Of a stretch of DNA of 64,000 bases, positions 1-10,289 are shown piece after piece. The stretch's first letter is position 1, and every line of letters begins with the position of its first letter. Below the pieces are notes generated by a model that saw nothing but the letters and a program-made list of their open reading frames with translations, made no database searches and was not told where the DNA came from. The stretch is from NCBI RefSeq assembly GCF_032444005.1, contig NC_091283.1:474796001-474860000 (forward strand). Reading direction: 5' to 3'. This DNA is from Ranitomeya imitator. Taxonomy: Eukaryota. The translations under genes and the position numbers were made by a program.

Positions 1-770
1 TGTAACAAGTCTGAAAACGTTCTAAAGCCATACGGAGCTGAAATCAACTTGGGTACTGATGAAAAATGCATTAAAAACTAATGACGAAATGTACAATCTT
101 TCAGGATAAAAGTAATACGATTTTTAAATTAGTCAAGTTAATAACGCCGACGTGTTGCTGTCAGAAAAGTCTGTGTCATAGCGACACAGAACATAATGTG
201 TTAGCGCAAAGGAGTATGCTAATACAGTGTAAGCCTAAAGATGTCAAATAGTAATCCCATAATAGGATTAAAAAATGATAAAAAAAACTGTTAATATTCA
301 ATATAAAATAAATTTTCTTCCTTATACATTACATAATACCCTAAGATCTATATATCGTATATTAGGCATATAGACACTTGTAATAAACTGAAGAATTAAT
401 TTAATGGATCATTCATTGTGAAACAGCAACACAAAAGGTGTACAGATTAGACAGTAATCTATATGAGTCCTAAAAAGCGCAAACAAATATACATCATTTC
501 CATCACATAATACAGAACTTCGTTCCCATTGTCAATGAAAAGATAAGAATACACCTGCTGAGATGCAAAAACTAAAACAGTTTAACTGGTCCTGGTCATT
601 TAGGGGTTAAAAGTCAATGGAGACCCTCAGTATCCAAAAATGGATTAATCACAGTGGCTCTGGCTTCACTATATGCAGAAGCCATGATGCAATGATGTGA
701 CTTGGTGCTCTGGAAACACCAGAAGTCGTTCTAATTAATGCTATAAAAAAGTTGCAATTAATAAAATGTT

Positions 771-1617
771 ACATCACATATATAACCAAGGAAGTCAAAT
801 GCAAAGTTTTTGAAAAATTAGACAAATTTTTATATCAAGACTGCTGAACATAACATTTAAAATACATATAAAGGGGACAGAACCACAAAGTAAACTGCAA
901 CACATTAATATGTACCAAAAAGTATTTCAGCACCTATTTCTGAGAAAAATCAATTTGTGCCGATGTGCAATAAATTATATTAGCCCACTCTATGGTATCT
1001 GAATCCACACCATCCACAGATTTATAAGGTCGATAGTTCTAATTGATATTATTCATAGGTTGCTCAGTGTATATGGAGTGCTAGTGCTAAATCACTGTTA
1101 CAAATATAGATCACTTATATATGGGTGGGTAGATTCAGCTCCATAGTGTGCCACATTTAGGCCAGATGTTCATAAAATATACAAATAGCACCCATCTTCT
1201 ACTGCCTGCCAATGCGTACACCGCAATGAGTCATGCCAAAATAAATCTCATATACGGTAATTATAAAGTGCCTACTGCATCCATACAGTGCAAAGTGCTT
1301 CCTGCATAAATATCCTCCAGTATACACAGTACTGTGCTTTTAGTAAGCAAAGACAGACATAGTTTGTACAAAAGGTGCAAATAAAGGCTTTAAGGTGCCA
1401 AGTGGTACATAACCTGTGTCAGCAGTAAAACCCCTAGGAGTTCTCAGAAATAGGTGCTGAAATACTTTTTGGTACATATTAATGTGTTGCAGTTTACTTT
1501 GTGGTTGTGTCCCCTTTATATGTATTTTAAATGTTATGTTCAGCAGTCTTGAAATAAAAATATGTCTAATTTTTTTAAAAACTTGGCATTTGACTTCCTT
1601 GGTTATATATGTGATGT
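771..1617. repeat. Inverted duplication with ~176-bp arms (771-946 / 1441-1617) and ~495-bp spacer
   Basis: ACATCACATATATAACCAAGG...TATTTCTGAGAA at 771-946 is the reverse complement of 1441-1617, with about 6 differences. No TSD or known TIR recognised. Confidence 0.9.
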
Positions 1618-2239
1618 GATTATAGTGGAAGCGCCATTTACCCAGGCCTAGAGTCTTTTTTGATATTTTTAATAAAATGTTAGCAAAATAGAACTATAGA
1701 TAAAAAAGTATTGATATTTTGTTAACTTTACATCATGTGCCTTTTCCCATGCACAATCCCCCATACAGTCTGGTCCAGTATCTTTAGGAAGATCCAAGGT
1801 GAATGATGCAGAGTGGTCAGCGGTAAGACTCTGCGGTGTGTCGTCTCTACAAATGGGTCACACTGTATCTTCCTTATACTACAGTGTTGACTTTTACTGT
1901 CTATTATAATGAAGGATGAATGTACTGTACATGTCAGGAATGTAGGGGGTTGTTGCTTTTCCTCCAGATAGCTACTGCTCATCCCATCCTTGGGTTATTG
2001 TATAATTCTCTTTATTTTCTGGATAGGATACCATATGGTTTATAGTGAACATGTTTATATTGTTTCATATTTATATTTGTTATGTTTGTATTGTTTTTGT
2101 TACCTGCAGAGGATGGTCTGATTGTACTTAATGCTTGTGAGGTCTTGCTACGGGAAAATTCAACCAAAAGCATCGTGGTGTGAAGGGATTCTCCACATCT
2201 ATCTTTCTCTTCCTAAAGCCTATTCTTTATGGTATAAGC

Positions 2240-2593
2240 AGTGAGCCTATGGACCTCTCTGCCACATAATATTCGAGCCCAGAGACAGTCAAACAGGTCA
2301 GAAGACAAGGTCGGTCACATACCAAGAGGTCCAAGGGGAGCGAATACTAAGACAAGCGAGGTGGCAGGAAAAGGAAGTCATGGGAACATAGTAAATGGGC
2401 AGAGGACAAAAACACGGTATCAAAGGGTCAGCTGCTCTAGCCTGGGAGCATGAACTATCACTGACATAGGTCTGCAGACACAGCAGACTGAAATAGCCAT
2501 ACCGATCCCAAAACTAGGCAGAGGAGGTTAACCCCTGCATGACCAGACCGGGGAGAAAATAACAAAAAACAAACCCCGGCCTTGTTCATGACA
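2240..2593. mobile_element. Degenerate LTR-like remnant
   Basis: Ends TTAACCCC...ATGACCAGA...TCATGACA, resembling the right end of the LTRs at 46990-47562 and the remnant at 38283-38724. Left boundary and TSD not found. Confidence 0.35.
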
Positions 2594-4928
2594 CTAGATT
2601 CTGTGATGGGATGTTGATCCAGGGAATGCGTTTGTTTCTATATCTGGACATGAGGAGGAATTTTTCCCCTCATATGAGCAAATTAGCATCTGCCTCATGC
2701 GGATTTACCATCTACTGGAACACCACATTAGGATTAGAGGTTGAACTTGACTTGTGTCTTGTATTCTTCTTAAAACTAGGAAAGCATGGGTGCATAAAAA
2801 TTACAAGGGCAACAAAGTACCCATGTGGCCTGCAAATGTAACCTACTCACTTTAGCTGTCCAGGTGTAGTCCAGTGTTTGACCCGTTGAGGAGACTTGTT
2901 AGGAATTGCTGCCTTTGAGCAGATTGAGGTGGAAAAGAAGCTAAGCAGAGTGCTTCCTGGTACTAGACCCATTATTGCCCCATACAGTGAGGGCGTAGCC
3001 AGTGCCATCTGGTAAGAGTAGAGACACTTGGTGTGAACACCATCATTACTGACTCTGCTCAGGAGTTCAATCCTATGTTGAGACAATTGGGTCTTACTTG
3101 TTTACACTGCATTATACATCTTATTCCCCTGAAGAACCTCCTAACGACTGAGGGAAAACGCATTGGAATCTCTTTGACTGTTACATGGACTCCAGTTGAC
3201 AGATACGTGTATATGGGTCTGAGGGAATGTAATGGCTATTATAGTATGATATTGTCATCTTGTACCTTAATATGGATCTGACATAGGTTTGTATGTTACA
3301 GTATATAGGGGAAGACAGCACGGAATGGAAGGTTCTTAATCAAAGATGGTTATGATTATGATTAAGAACCGTAGTGCTCGAAATGGGTAGGCCTTGTGTG
3401 TTTATTTTTATTTTTCCCTAGTTACTAATACATAATGTTTTTATAGTTCTTTTCATTGCAGTTGCTGGATGTCTTCCTGCCTTCCACCTGATCGATTTCA
3501 CCTGGGAGTTGGCCCATGGTCTCTGTCTGTGCACCACACCATTATTAGATTGAATGATACCTGGACGCTGAGCTGATGTGATATTTTTCTTTGCCTTGTT
3601 CATCCAATACAAAACTGGCAGTACTGTATACTAAAGTAAGTGCTCTGCTAAGAGAAGAACAAAATGCCACTTCAATTTTCCGCAGAAAATAAATTCGAAT
3701 AACGTAAAAAAAAAAACTTGAGTACATCTTATTGAGTCACATATTTCTACCAAGGACCCAAACAGAGACATCGGCCAAAGCTCCGAAAATGAGGTTGAGA
3801 TGATTAGTTTATTTTATTGGAGACAAAGAACGCCCACCTTTGTGAGCCGGCAGCCCACATGCGTTACATTATAATGATGCAGCTGTCTTTGACAGCGATA
3901 CCAGGAAGGCTAAATGCTACAAATCAGATTATCAAATCTACATTTCCTTGCTCACACAGCCAACGTGTGATGGCCCTTCATTGCTGCTAGAGATAATAAC
4001 AATTAAAATGTCAATATTTGCTATTTATAATGCATGCCACGCTAATAGGAACGTGTGTTAGATTCCGTCAAGGAAGGGAAGGCAGCAATTTCTGTTGCTA
4101 TCCAGGCAGCGGGATGCTCGGGTACACCCCCAGCGACACAATCCATTGGGCTATTTGACAACACAGTGCCAAGATGAATGATGGACCTCTCCAAGCCTCT
4201 TTAACTTGCAAACACAGGGACTAGTAATGAATACATTTCTCTTCCAGCCGTCTGAGTGATAGTTGTGTCATCTGTGCAATACAGATAGAAAGGCTGAGTG
4301 CAGAGCATGTTGCGCTGCTGGAGAGGGGAAACGCAGGGTGACAGCAGTAAAAAAAAGGCAACAGTAATGATAAGAAAGAAGAAGTGAGGGGTACAGAGGG
4401 GGTGAAGCACAGACAGGAGGTGGGGTAGATAACGTCAGGGAAAGAAAACAGATGGGGAGAAGTGAGAAGATACAGCAGATTACGTCTGGTACAGAAACGG
4501 ATAGGAGGGGGGGCAGAGTGTGCTGAATTGATGTATAATATATCATGGGGTGGATAGTTAAAACATATGGTATCATTTAATATACAGTATAACATTTAAA
4601 TGAAATCCTTAATGCTTATAGTGCCTAAATGGCTTTATTAAATAAGTGCATAAAGAGGTAGCATAGCTCATAAATGGGGCTGGCAAGGGTTGCAACAAAG
4701 CCACTCTGCCTTTTAGATATAGGACCAATTAATCTTTGCAAAGGTGACAATATTTTTTAACCTAAATATATGTACTTGGGTTTAAAAATCATTTTTGCAA
4801 TTGGGTTTCATTAAAAATGTTGCACCGTTTAGCTTTTACAGGTTTTTTGGTTCCCTGTACATACAACGTTGATGTGTTCATAAAAAAGCTGAGCGGCACT
4901 TCAAAAAAGACAGATAAAAGAGTTTTAA

Positions 4929-6194
4929 CCTCTTTCTGACCTCGGACGGGATAGTACGTCCGAGGTCAGATACCGCGCTTTGATGCAGGGCTCCGGCGGT
5001 GAGCTCGCATCAAAGCCGGGACATGTCAGCTGTTTTGAACAGCTGACATGTGCCCGTAATAGGCGCGGGCAGAATCGCGATCTGCCCGCACCTATTAACT
5101 AGTTAAATGCCGCTGTCAAACGCAGACAGCGGCATTCAACTACCGCTTCCGGCCACGCGGCCGGAAATGCGCGCATCGCCAACCATGTCACATGATCAGG
5201 GGGTCAGCGATGCTTCTGCATTGTAACCATAGAGGTCCTAGAGACCTCTATAGTTACTGATCACCGGTAGCTGTGAGCGCCACCCTGTGGTCGGCGCTCA
5301 TTGCACACCTGCATTTCTGCTGCATAGCAGTGATCTGATGATCGCTGCTATGTAGCAGAGCCGATCCTGTTGTGCCAGCTTCTAGCCTCCCATGGAGGCT
5401 ATTGAAGCATGGCAAAAGTTAAAAAAAATTAAAAAAAATTTGAAAAAAATAAAAAAATATAAAAAGTTTAAATCACCCCCCTTTTGTCCCATTCAAAATA
5501 AAACAATAAAAAAAATCAAACCTACACATATTTGGTATCGCTGCGTTCAAAATCGCCCGACCTATCATTAAAAAAGGATTAACCTGATCGCTAAACGGTG
5601 TAGCGAGAAAAAAATTTGAAACGCCAGACTTACTTTTTTTTTGGTCGCTGCGACATTGAATTAAAATGCAATAACGGGCGATCAAAAGAACGTATCTGCA
5701 CAAAAGTGGTATCAATAAATACGTTAGCTCGGCATGCAAAAAATAAGCCCTCACTCAACCCCAGATCATGAAAAATGGAGACGCTAAGGATATCGGAAAA
5801 TGCGCAATTTATTTTTTTTTTTAGCAAAGTTTGGAATTTTTTTTCACCACTTAGATAAAAGATAACCTAGACATGTCTATAAACTCATAATGACCTGGAG
5901 AATCATAATGGCAGGTCAGATTGGGCATTTAGTGAACCTAGTAAAAAAGCCAATCAAAAAACAAGTGTGGGATTGCACTTTTTTGGCAATTTCACCGCAC
6001 TTGGAATTTTTTTCCCGTTTTCTAGTACACAACATGCTAAAACCAATGATGTCGTTCAAAAGTACAACTTGTTTCACAAAAAATAAGCTCTCACATGGCC
6101 ATATTGACAAAAAAATAAAAAAGTTATGGCTCTGGGAAGAAGGGGAGCAAAAAACGAACACAGAAAAATGGAAAATTCCAAGGTCATGAAGGGG
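4929..6194. mobile_element. piggyBac-type non-autonomous element (TTAA MITE)
   Basis: TTAA|CCTCTTTCTGACC ... GGTCATGAAGGGG|TTAA. TTAA at 4925-4928 and 6195-6198. No long ORF. Confidence 0.8.
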
Positions 6195-6369
6195 TTAAAT
6201 TCCCGATTAGAAGTTGCTGTGAGCTCACTGACGGATTCTCAATTAACTCATTCTGCAGCCAGCAATCGGCACTGCAACACAAAGGTTATAGAAGGTAAAC
6301 GGTGCAAAAAAAATTAACGAAATCGAATTGCAAAAAAATGTTTTTGCACCAGTTGCATGCGTCTAGTTT

Positions 6370-6900
6370 ACAGCGCCAAATATACACATTTGGTTGGTAA
6401 TGGAGTTGTAGCAGGGTGTCCTTATGGTGAGATCATGCCTATAGTCAGAAAGAAGTGTAAGATGGGTCTCTGCATATTGTTCTGATCTGGAGGAATAATA
6501 TTGTAGTCTTTCAAAATCCAAATTGCTGTCTATGACTGCAGAAATTGATACAAGCTCATGTATGACGATGACTAGGTCACTAGTGACCCATCAGTCTACT
6601 CGTATATCTGTAGGTCAACGGAGACTGTACTGCTCAGTTATCAAGAACTGTCCCTTCCAGTTGAGGCTGTTTCCATCAAGAAGTAAATCATACTGTAGGG
6701 CTGCCAGTATCGCCTAAAAAGGCACAGTTTGGGTTGCATAAAGGGGTATTATTCTCAAATTGTCTCTTAAGCTGTTCAAAGCAGTGCAATCTTCTTACAG
6801 TTTCCTTATTTCCTGGTTTCTGGCAGGGCGGGCTCTTCTCCTTGAGTGAAAGCTCTGGTGAACAGAACAGTAGTATTAGAACTATAAAGCTCAGCTCAAG
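6370..6900 (-). pseudogene. Possible highly decayed Penelope-like reverse transcriptase remnant
   Basis: Broken minus-strand frames give PP..P, GDT, WKGQFLITEQYSL, HELVSISAV and RTPCYNSITNQM, loosely matching the order of PLE RT motifs. Many stops and frameshifts. Needs an HMM search. Confidence 0.3.
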
Positions 6901-9027
6901 TTCTGATGTAACACGTTCAGCTATCAGTGGTTTGTTCTGAGTCTATATTAATATCGCTTTGTTTATAACAGGGCATTTGAACAAGCACACAGGTCAGACA
7001 GCAAGAGCAGAGAGCCTTGACTAGGAGACCTTCTGTGAAATCTGTGGGACTGGTGATTTATAACTGCATCTCTTCCAAAGATAAGAAGGAGGAGAAGGGG
7101 GATGGCCAGCTAAATGCTACATAAATATCAATGGGCTGAAAAGAGGTGGCTGGTATGTTAAGAGTTAACCTCTCCCTCTGGAATATAACTACTATGCATT
7201 CTTGGCCAGGCAATAGAGGCTCAATGGAAACCACCTGTACATTATAAAAGATAAAAATTCTCATTGTAGGAGAATGACAGCAGATTGAAAAAGCAAGTAA
7301 ATTGAAAACTTGCTTATTTTTATACTGTCCAACTATGCCTAAACTCATATTCTTCCACATTCCACTATAAACATGGAACCTCAGTTTCATCAAACATTCA
7401 TGTTTATTCCAAGTAAGACAAGAAAATTTTTTTTGACAGGATTATCTATGCCCCAATTACCGTTAGAGAAGAATTTGGTGATCCCATGAACATAAATTTG
7501 CCTGGTCTCACCAAAATGAGGAGGTTTGGACAACTTTCATCTAATGTGTGTGTGGCTGGAGATACAAAGTAACCACTCAACTGAAATCACATGCACTTCT
7601 CTAACATGCACTTTTTTACAACAGAGCTTGTGCCATATTTCAATAGACAAGGGAAAAATAAGTAAATACCGGACACTGTCTTGGGATACCAATGGGATGA
7701 AACTTAAAAAAAATCAATTTCTTAAGATCTATATGGCACCCAAAACTGGACATCAAAAGAGAATTTCATAGCCAAAATTATGTTTGTATTGAAGGTTAAA
7801 GAGTGGAAGAATTTGATTCCACCAAGATCACTCCCCGGCTGACCACATATCAGATTCCACCCACACAAGACAGGGTGATGTCATATTGTAAACCGATCTG
7901 AATAAGATGGACAGTAATCACATCCTCTCAGCGCATTGGGCATGTCACAGTGACAGAGAACACAAGTGTAAACGTTACATAGGAACAATCCACTCACAAC
8001 CTACAACATGATTTATTCATAGTTTTTTCATAATGTCAGTTTTCTCCCTATTTTTAGCACCATTCATTTCCAGCTCCGCTTGAGGACACGCTCTGATGGG
8101 CTCCATATTAAATATTACCGGAGAACGCACTTCTCCCCTTTTTTATGTGTAATAAAAATAGAAAAGGCCAATAGCAATTATATTTTGACCAATATAGAAT
8201 AACTCAGCCTCTTCTAGCCGGCATGAAGGTTAAGATAATAAATATTCTGCATAATCTACTATATAATTGTCTAAGGGTCACTTCTGTCTGTCTGTCCAGG
8301 ATATTGATTGGTCGCGGCTAGGGTTGAGCGACCTTGACCTTTTTAGAGTCGAGTCGTGTTTCGCGAAACCCGACTATCTTAGAAGTCGAGTCGAGTGGAA
8401 TCGGCCGATTATGGCGAAAAGTCGGGTATCGCCCGAAACACGAAACCCAATACAAGTCAATGGGGGAGCATAGTCGGCAGTGAGTGGAGGCCAGGAAAAC
8501 ACCTACACTGCCCATTTTAATGGCAAAAACATCCATTCTTGTTACAGAAGCTTGTCAATCGTAATTTAGCTTATAATAATTGGAAGGCATTTGAAATTGG
8601 GGGTCATTTGGCTAAAGTTGTGGGGGGTAGGGCTGGTTCAAGTAATTAGTGGGCCCAGTAAATCTGGACCACGTCACGGCAGTGGAGCAGGGAGAGGTAA
8701 GTATTTCAACTTTGCAAGTGCTGTGATCCTGAGCAAGCAGGGGGGGCCCACTCGTTGGCATTGGCACTGGCACAGGGCCCCTCAAAGTACAGCGGTGTGT
8801 TTGAGAGGCCCTGTGCCAGTGACGTCGCCAACTAGTATTCCTCCCCCCACCTGATGAAGGAACCTGCACTTTCATCTGCACCTTCCTCTTTGTCCCCGTG
8901 TAAGGTGGTATGGTATGCGGGAAGAGGAACCTGACTTTCAGCAGGGTCACAATCTTGCTGTGTAGCGTGCATGGGGAATTTTGCGTTATGGGTCAATGTA
9001 CCAGCAGACTCATCTATCACTGGCTGG

Positions 9028-10242
9028 TAGTGTTGAGCGATACCGTCCGATACTTGAAAGTATCGGTATCGGATAGTATCGGCCGATACCCGAAAAATAT
9101 CGGATATCGCCGATACCGATATCCGATACCAATACAAGTCAATGGGACATCAAGTATCGGAAGGTATTCTCATGGTTCCCAGGGTCTGAAGGAGAGGAAA
9201 CTCTCCTTCAGGCCCTGGGATCCATAGGGAGGTGTAAAATAAAGAATAAAAATAAAAAATATTGATATATTTACCTCTCCGGCGGCCCCTGGTGAGTCCG
9301 CGGGTAACCGGCAGGCTTCGTTGTTCAAAATCAGCGCTTTTAGGACCTGAGAAACACGTCCCGGCTTCTGATTGGTCGCGGGCCGCCCATGTGACCGCCA
9401 CGCGACCAATCCCAAGCCGCGACGTCACCGCAAGCTATTAACGCGCTCATTTTTAAAAATGAGCGCGTTAATGGCTTTCAAAGACGTAGCGGGTTGTGAT
9501 TGGTCGCGGCCGCGACCAATCACAAGCCGCGACGTCACCGCAAGCTATTGACGCGCTCATTTTTAAAAATGAGCGCGTTAATGGCTTTGAAAGACATAGC
9601 GGCTTGTGATTGGTCGCGTGGCCGCGACCAATCACAAGCCGCGACGTCACCGCAAGCTATTGACGCGCTCATTTTTAAAAATGAGCGCGTTAATGGCTTT
9701 GAAAGACATAGCGGCTTGTGATTGGTCGCGGCCGCGACCAATCACAAGCCGCGACGTCACCGCAAGCTATTAACGCGCTCATTTTTAAAAATGAGCGCGT
9801 TAATGGCTTTCAAAGACGTAGCGGGTTGTGATTGGTCGCGGCCGCGACCAATCACAAGCCGCGACGTCACCGCAAGCTATTAACGCGCTCATTTTTCAAA
9901 AATGAGCGCGCTAATAGCTTGCGGTGACGTCGCGGCTTGTGATTGGTCGCGTGGCGGTCACATGGGCGGCCCGCGACCAATCAGAAGCCGGGACGTGTTT
10001 CTCAGGTCCTAAAAGCGCTGATTTTGAACAACGAAGCCTGCCGGTTACCCGCGGACTCACCAGGGGCCGCCGGAGAGGTAAATATATCAATATTTTTTAT
10101 TTTAATTCTTTATTTTACACATCTCTATGTATCCGATACCGATACCCGATACCACAAAAGTATCGGATCTCGGTATCGGAATTCCGATACCGCAAGTATC
10201 GGCCGATACCCGATACTTGCGGTATCGGAATGCTCAACACTA
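9028..10242. mobile_element. hAT-type MITE nested in the outer hAT
   Basis: TIR TAGTGTTGAGC. TSD CTGGCTGG at 9020-9027 and 10243-10250. The sister copy shows the empty site with a single CTGGCTGG near 24675-24685. Subterminal CCGATAC/GTATCGG repeats. Confidence 0.95.
9405..9960. repeat. ~110-bp tandem array of CpG-rich palindromes inside the MITE
   Basis: Five copies of AAGCTATTAACGCGCTCATTTTTAAAAATGAGCGCGTTAATGGCTT alternate with four copies of TTGTGATTGGTCGCGGCCGCGACCAATCACAA. The array is enclosed by long inverted arms (~9232-9450 / ~9895-10118). Confidence 0.93.
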
Positions 10243-10289
10243 CTGGCTGGGCAATGGGCAGGATGAGGAGGAAACACAGATATAGGCCC

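Noticed and set aside
1700-3300. Possible L1-like 3' remnants around the LTR-like piece
   Set aside because: Only vague similarity (e.g. WNTTLGLEVELD). Too decayed to support without an alignment.
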